Shown here: positions 19,163 through 29,237 of the stretch, in pieces
Position numbering within the stretch: position 1 is the first letter of the stretch
How the letters are laid out: every line of letters starts with the position of its first letter
NCBI GenBank assembly: GCA_038046805.1
Contig: JBBSVO010000007.1
Coordinates: 32,001-96,000, forward strand
From: Candidatus Micrarchaeota archaeon
GTDB lineage: Archaea; Micrarchaeota; Micrarchaeia; Anstonellales; Bilamarchaeaceae
Reading direction: 5' to 3'
DNA: 64,000 nt
The notes under the pieces: model-generated
The model's input: only the letters and a program-made list of their open reading frames with translations
Told to the model about the DNA's origin: nothing
The model's database searches: none
Translations under genes and position numbers: made by a program

Positions 19163-19525
19163 ATGAGTGAGATTATGATGGACCTATTTCAAAAATTCGA
19201 TGTTAAACACAAGGAAAAAATCGTTTCCTCATGGAAAGGAATGAGCGAAACTGATAAAACCCATTTCATAAACCAGGTCTCAATCTGCCTGAGTGTATGG
19301 GGAAGCGACGAACTTGGAAAGCAAATTGTCGTGGATGTTCTTGGACGGCTTGTTTCAAACGGTTCTACCAGCCTTTCGGATTTTGGGCTTTATGCAGAGG
19401 CATCTCTTGAGAATAGCATGTTTGCGATACGATCTGAAAAAATAAGAAGAGCTTCACTTATTGTTGAAGGATACAGAATAAAAAACGGGCTTGCGTCCGA
19501 GCCGCACAAGGAACTAAGGTTCTAA
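19163..19525 (+). CDS. Hypothetical protein
   Basis: 120-aa ORF with native-like codon usage. Confidence 0.65.
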   Translation: MSEIMMDLFQKFDVKHKEKIVSSWKGMSETDKTHFINQVSICLSVWGSDELGKQIVVDVLGRLVSNGSTSLSDFGLYAEASLENSMFAIRSEKIRRASLIVEGYRIKNGLASEPHKELRF

Positions 19526-19542
19526 AACGGGGTTCTGATTTT

Positions 19543-19569
19543 ATAGCGAACCTGATAACGGTTCGCTAT
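19543..19569. terminator. Perfect 10-bp hairpin downstream of the ORF
   Basis: ATAGCGAACC-N7-GGTTCGCTAT. Function not established. Confidence 0.35.
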
Positions 19570-19631
19570 CTATCAAACCCAAAGGTCACAAATGCATTAC
19601 ATATCCGAATTACTTTCCGGGTTTGATATAA

Positions 19632-20825
19632 ATGGATAAGGAAAAACTGGATAAACTATTAGCTGAGGGTGCGAAACTTCTTGCAAAAAGCGGAAAAACC
19701 GTGAAACGATTTGCGATTTCCACTCTTATTCCTGAAAAATGGCTTATCGATGAGGAAAATGAATGGGATGTAAGGCTTGATGGAAAAAGTGAATCTGTGA
19801 AGAACCAGCTCAACCGCGAAATCTCCGAATTTCTTGAGAAAAAAACCAAAAAGGAGTATTCTCCAAGCGATGCGGACGTGCGCGTGGTATTTGATTTAAG
19901 CGGAACAAAAAATCCTGTGAAAATTGAATTTGAGCCGCTGTTTGTTTTCGGAAGATACAAAAAACTCATTCCTGAAATTTCCCAAAGCAGGTGGATTTGC
20001 AGCAAATGCGAAGGAGATGGATGTTTTAAATGCGACTGGAAGGGAAAGTTTTATGAGTCGGTCGAAGAATTTATCGGAGATCCGCTGAAGGAAGCCTGCA
20101 AGGCAAAGGATTACGCGCTTCATGCAAGCGGACGGGAAGATACTGACGTAGTTAATCTTGCCGGAAGACCGTTCGTGCTCGAACTAAAGGCGGTGAAAAA
20201 TCATTCCCCGGATTTGAAAAAAATTGCGGAAAAAATAAACAAACCAAAAAAGGTAAGCGTTTCTGATTTGAAGATTGTAAAGCGCGGATTTGTTGAAGCG
20301 GTTACAGAGTCCCATTTTGACAAGGAGTATACTGCAGAAGTGGAGTTTGAGAAAGAAGTGACCGAAGAGGAATTGGCGAAGATAGCCGGATTGAAAGGCG
20401 TTGTCATTGAACAACAAACCCCCAAACGCGTTATGCACAGACGCGCAGATTTAGTGCGGAAAAGAAAAATCGTTGAATTAAAGATTTTGAACCGCTCGGA
20501 CGACGGAAAAACCACGAAGGTTGCTATAACCGCAGAGGCCGGAACTTACATCAAGGAGCTAATCAATGGAGACGGGGGCCGAACAAAGCCCAGCTTTGCA
20601 GGGATTCTCGGTTTCGGAGCCAAATGCAAAAAACTTATTGTTTCAAGAATTTATGACGAGTTTTTGGATGTTATACTTAGAACTGAAAGTATTCCAAAAG
20701 GAGATAGTGAAGGAGAGTATAGCCGTGCTTTCAGAGATTCACTTGCAAGATCACGACAGGATGCAAAAAATGGTAGGACACATGATATAGAGGAAGTAAA
20801 GAAAAAACTGATTAAGAAAAAATAG
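19632..20825 (+). CDS. pus10: tRNA pseudouridine(54/55) synthase Pus10, with an unrelated C-terminal tail
   Basis: GRYKK...SQSRW.C, HASGRED.DV, GRPFVLE, QQTP.RV.HRRA and AGTYIKEL..GD.GRT.PS. Confidence 0.93.
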   Translation: MDKEKLDKLLAEGAKLLAKSGKTVKRFAISTLIPEKWLIDEENEWDVRLDGKSESVKNQLNREISEFLEKKTKKEYSPSDADVRVVFDLSGTKNPVKIEFEPLFVFGRYKKLIPEISQSRWICSKCEGDGCFKCDWKGKFYESVEEFIGDPLKEACKAKDYALHASGREDTDVVNLAGRPFVLELKAVKNHSPDLKKIAEKINKPKKVSVSDLKIVKRGFVEAVTESHFDKEYTAEVEFEKEVTEEELAKIAGLKGVVIEQQTPKRVMHRRADLVRKRKIVELKILNRSDDGKTTKVAITAEAGTYIKELINGDGGRTKPSFAGILGFGAKCKKLIVSRIYDEFLDVILRTESIPKGDSEGEYSRAFRDSLARSRQDAKNGRTHDIEEVKKKLIKKK

Positions 20826-20887
20826 TTTTCGTACAGTCGCTCGGCCACAGGAAAAATATTTACAAATGACGAGTTTTTGGATGTTAT
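20653..20887. repeat. Perfect 22-bp direct repeat at the pus10 3' end
   Basis: ATGACGAGTTTTTGGATGTTAT at 20653-20674 and 20866-20887. Confidence 0.8.
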
Positions 20888-21102
20888 CTTGGATTATGTG
20901 GATTATTGCTTCATGCCGTGCGCATTTAAACCCCCGCAATTAAATCTGCTATCTTCCAAATATTTCCTAAATTCTTTTACTGCCGGGCAGCCAATGAATA
21001 AGCAAACAACGTCTTCTGCCGAATAGCCTTACGATACATTTTAAAGGATTTGTCGGCAAGGTTTTGGTATTCTCTCATGACGAGACGAAACGAGGTCAAA
21101 AT

Positions 21103-22929
21103 ATGGTAGATCTTATATGGAAAATGGGTGCGCAGGCAGGAGAAGGCGCAATGGTTACTGGCAGGACTCTTGGAAAAACATTCACGCGAGGCGGGCTTAA
21201 TGTTATTGGATATCCTGAATACCCATCACTTATTAGAGGGGGACATAATACTTACCAGATTCGCGTAAGCGATGCACATATCAATTCCCCGCTCCAAAAA
21301 ATACATATTGTAGTTGCATTGAACAAAGAGGCAGTCTATTTCCATCATGCGAACATGCACGAAGGTGCGGCTCTTATTTATGATGAAACTTTAGACATTT
21401 CAAAATATCCGATTCGTGCGGACATAAGAAAATGCCCATTGCCATTCGCAAAAATAGTAGCTGAACTAAAGGCATTGCCGCAGATGAAGAACACGATTGC
21501 GCTTGGTGCAACGCTTGCATTGATTGATTATCCGTTTGAAAAACTGGAATCCGTGCTTGCAGATGAATTCAAGAGAAAGGGGGAAGAAGTAATAAGGCAA
21601 AACATTGCTGTTGCACGTGCTGGCTATGACCATGCAAAAACTCATTTTAACTGCGGAACATTCAAAGTTAAGGTAAAGCCTGTTTCCGACAAACGCAAAA
21701 TCCTTATTGGTGGCAATGAAGCGGTCGGAATGGGCGCGATAAAGGCTGGATTGAAACTGTTCGCATCCTACCCGATGACTCCGGCATCTACACTTATGCA
21801 TTATATCGCGGAAAAAGAACATGAATTCGGAATCGTGATGAAGCATACAGAAGACGAAATTGCAGCAATGAATTATACTGTTGGCGCGGGTTTCGCGGGT
21901 GTGCGGGCCATGTGTAGCACGTCTGGAGGTGGATTTTCATTAAAAGTGGAAGCAATCGGACTTGCGGCAGAAAGTGAAACACCGGTAGTGGTATATCTTG
22001 CGCAAAGGGTTGGTCCAAGCACTGGAATGCCTACATGGACTGAGCAAGCAGATTTGAGATTCGCAGTGCACGCATCACAGGGAGAATTTTTACGAGTGGT
22101 TCTTGCACCCGGAGATGTTAATGAAAGCTTTTCCCTTGCATGGAAGGCGTTTAACATCGCGGAAAAATATCAAATTCCAGTTATTATTATGAGTGATAAA
22201 TTCCTCGGAGAAACCCATTTCTCAACAGACAGATTTGATGAAAGCCAGGTTCGCATTGAACGCGGGAAGATTGCAAAAAATCTCAAAACGCTTCCGCAGG
22301 GCGGGCGGTTCAAAAGATATCTACTTACAAAGGATGGAGTAAGTCCGCGCGCATTTCCAGGAGAGCCGAATGGGATGCATGTTTCAAGCTCTTATGAACA
22401 TGATGAGACCGGATTCAGTTCTGAAAATTTCCAGATGCGGGCCAATATGGTGGACAAACGGGCAAGGAAAATAAAACAATTGCTAGCTGAAGATATTGAA
22501 CCACCCGGAATTTATGGAGAATCGATGCAGCATTCGGATATTACCATTGTTTGTTGGGGCTCGCAAAAACTTCCGGCTTTGGATGCGCTTCCGATATTAA
22601 AAGCGGGTGGGATAAAAGCGAACGTAGTCCATTTCGGATTTGTTTATCCGCTTGATGCGAAGAAGGTTAAAGCATTGCTCAGGGGTGCGAAACGAACCGT
22701 TATCGTTGAGAATAATTCCACAGGCCAGTTCGCAGGCATTCTCAGGGAGTATACCGGATTCAAGCCGGATTTCAAGATGCTCAAATACGATGGAAGGCAG
22801 TTTTTCCCAGAGCAGATTGCTGAGGAGATAAAGAAATTGTATGATAATGCTTGGAAGGGAAAGAAGGAGATACGAGTAGTGGAAAAAGAAGATGTGGACT
22901 ATTATTATCCCGGACATTATCCGATATAA
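21103..22929 (+). CDS. korA: 2-oxoacid:ferredoxin oxidoreductase alpha subunit (gamma-alpha fusion)
   Basis: EYPSLIRGGH, YPMTPAS, EDEIAA, TSGGGFSL and GPSTGMPT.TEQADL. Confidence 0.93.
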   Translation: MVDLIWKMGAQAGEGAMVTGRTLGKTFTRGGLNVIGYPEYPSLIRGGHNTYQIRVSDAHINSPLQKIHIVVALNKEAVYFHHANMHEGAALIYDETLDISKYPIRADIRKCPLPFAKIVAELKALPQMKNTIALGATLALIDYPFEKLESVLADEFKRKGEEVIRQNIAVARAGYDHAKTHFNCGTFKVKVKPVSDKRKILIGGNEAVGMGAIKAGLKLFASYPMTPASTLMHYIAEKEHEFGIVMKHTEDEIAAMNYTVGAGFAGVRAMCSTSGGGFSLKVEAIGLAAESETPVVVYLAQRVGPSTGMPTWTEQADLRFAVHASQGEFLRVVLAPGDVNESFSLAWKAFNIAEKYQIPVIIMSDKFLGETHFSTDRFDESQVRIERGKIAKNLKTLPQGGRFKRYLLTKDGVSPRAFPGEPNGMHVSSSYEHDETGFSSENFQMRANMVDKRARKIKQLLAEDIEPPGIYGESMQHSDITIVCWGSQKLPALDALPILKAGGIKANVVHFGFVYPLDAKKVKALLRGAKRTVIVENNSTGQFAGILREYTGFKPDFKMLKYDGRQFFPEQIAEEIKKLYDNAWKGKKEIRVVEKEDVDYYYPGHYPI

Positions 22930-22950
22930 ATCAGATTATGCGAGGTGTTT

Positions 22951-23823
22951 ATGATGACAACAATCAACGAAATAACGTGTAATGAAAAACCGCAATGGTG
23001 TGTTGGATGCGGTGACTTTTCCGTATTAATGGGTGTAAAGACTGCACTTGCAGAACTCGGGCTTCCGCAGCACGAAACGGTTCTCGTAAGTGGAATAGGC
23101 TGCTGCTCAAAATCGCCCCATTATGTTAATACGTATGGATTTGAATCGCTTCATGGTCGCTCGCTTCCGGTTGCATCCGCGATAAAACTGGCGAATAACA
23201 AACTTAGCGTAATTGCAATTAGCGGGGATGGGGACGGATATGGCATAGGGGTCCAGCACTTTATCCATATCGGAAGACGAAATTTCGACCTTACTTATAT
23301 CGTCTGTGATAACCAGCTTTATGGTTTGACTACAGGTCAGGCATCACCAACAACAATAAAGGGAGTGAAAAGCAAATCAACCCCGCACGGAGTCATAGAA
23401 ACGCAGTTCAATCCAATTGCATCTGCGATAGTGAATGGGGCGACTTATGTTGCAAGGGCATATGCCGGTGACCTAAAGCACATGACGGAAATAATCAAAG
23501 GTGCGATAACCCATCGGGGATTTGCATTGGTTGATATTTTCCAGCCGTGCGTCACATTTAACAAATTGAATACTTACCAGTGGTTCCAGGAAAGGGTTTA
23601 CAAACTTGAAGACTCCGGACACAAAACAGATGACAAGCTGGCAGCGTTAACCAAGGCATGGGAGGAAACCAATAGCGAATACAAGAAAGTTCCGATAGGA
23701 GTATTCTACAAAGAGAACCGCCCGACGTACGAAGACGAGCTTCCGCAATTAAAGGAAAAACCGCTTGTTCAGCACGATATTTCAAAGGTGGATATCAGCA
23801 AGGCGTATGCGGAGTTTGAGTAG
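22951..23823 (+). CDS. korB: 2-oxoacid:ferredoxin oxidoreductase beta subunit
   Basis: WC.GCG, SGIGC, LHGR, GDGD (TPP-binding), YGLTTGQASPT and QPCVTFN. Confidence 0.93.
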   Translation: MMTTINEITCNEKPQWCVGCGDFSVLMGVKTALAELGLPQHETVLVSGIGCCSKSPHYVNTYGFESLHGRSLPVASAIKLANNKLSVIAISGDGDGYGIGVQHFIHIGRRNFDLTYIVCDNQLYGLTTGQASPTTIKGVKSKSTPHGVIETQFNPIASAIVNGATYVARAYAGDLKHMTEIIKGAITHRGFALVDIFQPCVTFNKLNTYQWFQERVYKLEDSGHKTDDKLAALTKAWEETNSEYKKVPIGVFYKENRPTYEDELPQLKEKPLVQHDISKVDISKAYAEFE

Positions 23824-23978
23824 ATATCCGATGCTTGCTATTGACTAAACCTACATTTTGTAAAATTATTTTACAGAATGATATGCATCTTGTTCAATGA
23901 TTTGATAGAATGGTTGTATAGCAGAAATTTTATCCCACCATAATCCATTTTTAAGCATTTCTATGAATTATCTATTGT

Positions 23979-25475
23979 ATGCAAACAGAAGAAGAAAAGA
24001 AACCCGTACTGCTTTTTATCGAAGATGATGACCACACCCGCGAAAAGTGGGCAAAGGAATTTGCACAAAACAACTTTAGACTGTTTAGAGTGATTACTAC
24101 CGCTAATATCCGGGAAGCAGCCGGGATAATGAAAAAAGAAAAAATAGACGTAGTGGTAACCGATCTTATGTGGGGCGGGCCTTTAGGTGAATATTTTGAG
24201 TCTTTTCTTAGAATTTGTGTGGATATGGAGATTGCAACTATTCTGATGACTGGTGCAAGACAATATGAACGACCCGATATGCCTGGTGTGTGGATTGTTG
24301 AAAAACCTGCCGACCCAGAAATGGTTTATTTTGAAATATGCCGTGCCAGATTAGAGATAACCGAAAGGAAAGTTGAACGATGTAAGGAAATGAAAATTGT
24401 TATTATTGACGATGAGGAAGAGAACCGGAAGATGATGGTTGAGGACGTTTTTGGCTGCCGTGGATTCAAGAATGTCACTGCGTGCAGAGGCATTGATGAA
24501 GCGAGCGAAGAAATGAAAAAGGGACCGCCAGACATACTAATTACAGACATTGTTGGCTTTAGCGGCCGGCAGAATTTCGAATGCTTGATAACGAGGTGTC
24601 TTGGAATTGGAATCAAAGTTATCTTCTTTACTGGCGCATACTGGGAGGATATTCCAAAGATTGAGGGTGTCAGGATTCTTATTAAACCCGTAGGAAATAG
24701 AGAGATTTTTGACGCAATAGATGAAGCAAGAAAGGAATTGGAAGGTGCAAAAGCAAATACGGCACCTGAAGACCAGAGATTAAAGCTTGTTTACATAGAA
24801 GATTTTGAGCCCCACAAGAAAAAGGCCGTTGCAAAGCTTAGACAACATGGTTTTGACATAGTGGCAGCATATAGTAACATTAGCGAAGCACTCGGAGTAA
24901 TTGCAAGAAAGGAAGTAGACGTAATAGTTACAGACATCTGTGGAATAGGGAGCGAGGGACGGGCTCTTGAAGATTTTTTGTATCGGTGTGCAAAGAAAAA
25001 TATCGCAGTAATTGTATATACTGGTGCAGATTGGATTAATGTTCCGAACGTCAGAGGGGTCAAACGAGTCATGAAACCAGAATTTGATAAAATCTACGAT
25101 GCAATAGATAAAGCAAGAACTGAGTTGGGAGATGCAACGACAAAACGAAGAATGACAAAAGAAACCCGCGAAGCAATCCACAGGCTTGCTAACCCAGAAT
25201 GGCACATTTCCACGCCCACGGTTAAGTGGCTGGAAAGAATATTCGAAAATCCTGACTCAACTGCTGTTGAAAAAGCAATTGCAATGACTAGTTTGGAAAC
25301 TGATGTTCTCAGAAGGGAACTGAAAGAAGGCACCGAAAATGGGAACTGGCCAAGAAGAAAGATGGATGAGTATTTTGACAGATACCGGGAGCTCACTGGA
25401 AAGCTAAGGGCCCTGAGAAGAAAGGCGGAAACAAACCCGCACTGTGGTCGCATCAAGACAGTTCTGAAGTGCTGA
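23979..25475 (+). CDS. Protein with three tandem receiver (CheY-like) domains
   Basis: Three repeats of hhhED/DD...hhTD...TGA...KP, followed by a helical tail. Confidence 0.75.
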   Translation: MQTEEEKKPVLLFIEDDDHTREKWAKEFAQNNFRLFRVITTANIREAAGIMKKEKIDVVVTDLMWGGPLGEYFESFLRICVDMEIATILMTGARQYERPDMPGVWIVEKPADPEMVYFEICRARLEITERKVERCKEMKIVIIDDEEENRKMMVEDVFGCRGFKNVTACRGIDEASEEMKKGPPDILITDIVGFSGRQNFECLITRCLGIGIKVIFFTGAYWEDIPKIEGVRILIKPVGNREIFDAIDEARKELEGAKANTAPEDQRLKLVYIEDFEPHKKKAVAKLRQHGFDIVAAYSNISEALGVIARKEVDVIVTDICGIGSEGRALEDFLYRCAKKNIAVIVYTGADWINVPNVRGVKRVMKPEFDKIYDAIDKARTELGDATTKRRMTKETREAIHRLANPEWHISTPTVKWLERIFENPDSTAVEKAIAMTSLETDVLRRELKEGTENGNWPRRKMDEYFDRYRELTGKLRALRRKAETNPHCGRIKTVLKC

Positions 25476-25535
25476 TTAGTTGCGCACACAATCATTTTTA
25501 AACACTACGCAGTATCTTATCTCTGGGGTGGAAGT

Positions 25536-26015
25536 ATGACAAACGCGCTTGCACGTAAAAGTATTGATTCTGGAATGAATGCTCGTTTTAGGGAAAGAAG
25601 TCTTACAGATAGATTACAGATAAAACCTGCCTCAATAGCAGCTAAACAAAGGAACGAGGCTAGGGAACGTGCGAGAGAGGTAAAAAGATTAGTGAGTGAT
25701 GCCAATAGCCTAGAAAGACGTAGGCGAAGTGCGGCTATTCAAAGACTAAGTACAATGGTAAACGAATTAACCAACCAAGAGGCATTGGAGATTGTTGCAC
25801 TTAATGCTAGGGATAGGACTACAAGAGTGGATGTGGTTGGAATGATTCGGGATAGATTTAGATTGGTCACCATTGCGACCAGTTCACTAGATGACAATGT
25901 TAAGGAGGCTGCGAGCAAAAGAATTCAAATAATGGAACGAAGAAGGCCTACCGAGTTTGACGGATTTGATGCTCTGGGTTCCATTAAATATGGTGGAGCA
26001 GTGGGAGAGATATAA
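25536..26015 (+). CDS. Hypothetical helical-repeat protein
   Basis: 159 aa with L..vA....D...r..A repeats. GGGGTGG Shine-Dalgarno. Confidence 0.6.
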   Translation: MTNALARKSIDSGMNARFRERSLTDRLQIKPASIAAKQRNEARERAREVKRLVSDANSLERRRRSAAIQRLSTMVNELTNQEALEIVALNARDRTTRVDVVGMIRDRFRLVTIATSSLDDNVKEAASKRIQIMERRRPTEFDGFDALGSIKYGGAVGEI

Positions 26016-26192
26016 ACAAAATCCACATCCAGTTTTCCCTATCTTTATTTCGGTATATACCCACATCTTGTTCAATGTTTCGACAAGATGATATGATTTT
26101 TTAAACTGGTATTCAAAATTTTAAACTTGTTTTCAAAAACCGAGAGAGAAAAGCCTTAAACAACCTTTCCGCCTAATTCTGATTGATAGCAG

Positions 26193-27791
26193 ATGGCCCT
26201 CACCCAAACTCCCCGCGCATACCAGCTCGCGATTTACGAGTCTATAATTCAGAATGGGAATACGCTAGTTGTACTCCCGACGGGATTAGGCAAGACGCTC
26301 ATTGCACTCATGCTTATCCAGCAAAAAATGAACGAAGGCAGTGGAAAATGCCTCTTTCTAAGTCCGACAAAACCATTGGGAAAGCAGCATTACAGCTCGG
26401 TCATGAAAACCCTTGGACTTGGCGAAGATGTGGTTGCATTGATAAGCGGAGAAATCTCCCCGAAAATGCGCGCGGAACAATACAAAAAATCCGTGATTGT
26501 GTCGACGCCGCAGACGATTCGGAACGATATTGAAAAGAATATTTTTGATCCGCACTCGGTCTCGCTTCTGATTGTGGATGAATGTCATCGAGGAATTGGT
26601 AAATACGCATATACATCTGTTGCTGAAGCAGTTCGTGAAAACGCATTGATTGTCGGATTAACTGCATCCCCAGGCGGAAAGCGCGAGCGGATTAAGGAAG
26701 TTCTTGACACCCTCTTCCTAACGAATGTGGAAATCCGAACGCATACTGACCCGGACGTTGTACCGTATGTCCAAAAGTCAAACGTCAGACAAATTTTCGT
26801 AGCGCTTTCCCCTGCCCTGAAGAAAATAAAGGACGCGCTCCACAAACTTATCTCCGAATACGCGCAGCGGATGGGCGGGATGGGTTTCCCACCACCAATT
26901 AAATCAAAGGGATTATTCATGAAAATGCGTGAACGGATTATTGCAATCCCGCACGCAATAAAGTACCCTCTTTTGTTGAATTATTTCGCCTTAATGAATC
27001 TTCTTCATATGGAAGAGCTACTGGAGACACAGGGCGTGCACGCATTACGGGAATACCTCAAAAAGTTTGATGAAAAGGAAGGAAAATCCGCTGCAGCATT
27101 GAAAAAAAGAAGGGAATTCACAGAACTCCTCAGAATGTGCGAAACAACAGAGGAGCATCCGAAACTCGGTATTCTGGTAAACCTCTTCAAGAACGAACTT
27201 ACTGGAAAAAAAGCGATCGTGTTCGCGCAATACCGCTCGCAGATTGGAAAGATTGTTGATGAGTTAAAAAAGAATGGGATAGCCGCACGCCAGTTCGTCG
27301 GAAAAAAAGATGGTGTAACAAGAAAGATTCAGGAAGAGACTATTGCGGAATTCCGGGAGGGGGTATTCAACGTGCTGGTCGCGTCATCAATCGGAGAAGA
27401 AGGATTAGACATTCCAGCTGTTGATTCAGTCGTATTTTATGAGCCGATTCCGAGCGAAATACGGTCTATCCAGCGCAGGGGAAGAGCCGGGCGGTTCAAA
27501 GAAGGAGAAATAATCATCCTCGTAACACGCGGAACACGGGACGAATATTATCATTGGTCATCTTTCAACAGGGAAAAAAGGATGAAACATATTATTACTT
27601 CGATGCAGGGGAAGAAGAAAACCGAACGGGTTACTGTGGAAAATGTGGAAAAGAAAAAAATAGAAACAAAAATTGAGCCGCAAAATTCTGAACCGGGGGA
27701 TCGAAATTCGAAACTCAAAACACGGGACTCAAAACCAAAGGCCCGCAAATCCGGTCAGACTTCATTGTCTACTTTTTTGGATGATAAGTGA
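26193..27791 (+). CDS. Hef/Mph1/FANCM-family SF2 helicase without an ERCC4 nuclease domain
   Basis: PRAYQ, LPTGLGKT, DECHR, GLTASPG, SIGEEGLDIP and IQRRGRAGR. Confidence 0.92.
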   Translation: MALTQTPRAYQLAIYESIIQNGNTLVVLPTGLGKTLIALMLIQQKMNEGSGKCLFLSPTKPLGKQHYSSVMKTLGLGEDVVALISGEISPKMRAEQYKKSVIVSTPQTIRNDIEKNIFDPHSVSLLIVDECHRGIGKYAYTSVAEAVRENALIVGLTASPGGKRERIKEVLDTLFLTNVEIRTHTDPDVVPYVQKSNVRQIFVALSPALKKIKDALHKLISEYAQRMGGMGFPPPIKSKGLFMKMRERIIAIPHAIKYPLLLNYFALMNLLHMEELLETQGVHALREYLKKFDEKEGKSAAALKKRREFTELLRMCETTEEHPKLGILVNLFKNELTGKKAIVFAQYRSQIGKIVDELKKNGIAARQFVGKKDGVTRKIQEETIAEFREGVFNVLVASSIGEEGLDIPAVDSVVFYEPIPSEIRSIQRRGRAGRFKEGEIIILVTRGTRDEYYHWSSFNREKRMKHIITSMQGKKKTERVTVENVEKKKIETKIEPQNSEPGDRNSKLKTRDSKPKARKSGQTSLSTFLDDK

Positions 27792-28134
27792 ATGAATTGG
27801 AGGGTAATGCCGTGCCGTCTGAAAACGTACGTATTCTCGCCTTCAAAATGCCCAGTGCTTCTCCAGATGTCAATTTTCCTGAATCAAGAACAGATACAAG
27901 TTGCTGGTAAGTTCCATGCTCTGTAAGAATACTTACAAACATCTCTTGGGCCTTGTCTGTCAATGTTCCGCTTTTCAAAAGCCTTGATGCCACGATTGCT
28001 TTTTCAGTGCCAGAACTGAGCCGATCGATTAATCCATTCGCATGCGCTATTGCAATTCCCTCGATAATGCCCCTTGCCGCTGTGCCAATAGAACCTGCCC
28101 TTTCTTGAACCGGAGTAACTACTATTTGCATCAT
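27769..28134 (-). CDS. Hypothetical protein
   Basis: 121-aa ORF after a GAGGG Shine-Dalgarno, downstream of the deaminase. Confidence 0.55.
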   Translation of the reverse strand: MMQIVVTPVQERAGSIGTAARGIIEGIAIAHANGLIDRLSSGTEKAIVASRLLKSGTLTDKAQEMFVSILTEHGTYQQLVSVLDSGKLTSGEALGILKARIRTFSDGTALPSNSFTYHPKK

Positions 28135-28151
28135 GTCTATCCCTCAAAGTA

Positions 28152-29108
28152 TTATCTTGTTTGTGCCCTCAACCTTTCAATCAATGCCTGAACCTCTTGG
28201 TCTTTTCCTATAGTTGCCATGCCAAAGCCATATGGAAACAATAACCTGGGCGTAGTTTGGTGAATAACCCTCAAAGCAGGATCTGTGATAAAAACTATTC
28301 CACTATCCAGCTTGTGTAATACATCAAATATATCAAATATTCGCTGGCGCTCAAGCCCGCTTAGGTCAGCAGTATTTGGTATCAGCGCGATCGCAGTTAT
28401 ATCAACATCTCCTGCTGCAACAGCAGCTGAAATAGCTGACGCAAGCGCGCTAGTCGGATGATAAGAGGCAGTATCAACCCTTGCACCCATATAGACCTTT
28501 TCTTTTGCAGTCAATACTGCTGCGCCTTCGCGCAAACCCGGCTCAAGAACAAACCCTTTTTGGAATGAATAGGATGCTGCGCGCAGCAATAATTGTTCGT
28601 GATAGGAGAGATTATTCAAAAACGCCATTCTAAACGTATTTGGCAATAATTGAGTTAATGTTAAGATATCAACATCGCCATTTACATTTGCTGCGAGTAT
28701 GTCTGTATTTCCTGGAAAAAATGTGCTTAAATAATCTCTGCAATCGCCGCATGGTGTGACCGGACCCGATGCATCACCGATTACTGCAATAACAACCGTA
28801 TCCCCCGCACTCGAATCGCGGAGAATCTTATCGGCTGCTGACATCTCTGCGTGTAATGCCCTTGCTGTTGCTTGTCTATAACCTGCTCCGTATTCCGAAT
28901 TGCTTCCTAATCCAAGCTGACCAGTAGCAGTATTGAGAATCGCGCAACCGACCTTAAAACCGGAGTGAAAAGGTTGTGCCTTCGCCATCTCGAAAAGCGC
29001 CTCATTCAGAGTACGCTCATAAAGCGGAAGTGCTGCTGCCTGGTGCGGCATCAATGCGGTCCTAAATCTCCAAACATGTCTCAATAAAATCACGTCCCCA
29101 ATGACCAT
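28152..29108 (-). CDS. Cytidine deaminase-like protein with two domains (second degenerate)
   Basis: F.VGCA, G.N.E, HAE and PCGDCR in domain 1. Domain 2 lacks the Zn ligands. Confidence 0.8.
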   Translation of the reverse strand: MVIGDVILLRHVWRFRTALMPHQAAALPLYERTLNEALFEMAKAQPFHSGFKVGCAILNTATGQLGLGSNSEYGAGYRQATARALHAEMSAADKILRDSSAGDTVVIAVIGDASGPVTPCGDCRDYLSTFFPGNTDILAANVNGDVDILTLTQLLPNTFRMAFLNNLSYHEQLLLRAASYSFQKGFVLEPGLREGAAVLTAKEKVYMGARVDTASYHPTSALASAISAAVAAGDVDITAIALIPNTADLSGLERQRIFDIFDVLHKLDSGIVFITDPALRVIHQTTPRLLFPYGFGMATIGKDQEVQALIERLRAQTR

Positions 29109-29237
29109 ATTATTCTATTCTAGTACTGACTATTCGGGATATTTACTGGCTATTCTAACGCAAATATATATCTAGTAACACTTTTTAAACATTATGAAAC
29201 AAAATGGTATTAGCAACAATTACTCAGAGGTAGGAAT

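Larger units (their letters stand above)
23886..26090. repeat. Pair of 27-bp imperfect direct repeats (23886-23912 and 26064-26090)
   Basis: CATCTTGTTCAATGatttgatagaATG versus CATCTTGTTCAATGtttcgacaagATG, 22/27 identical. The second copy is palindromic. Confidence 0.55.
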
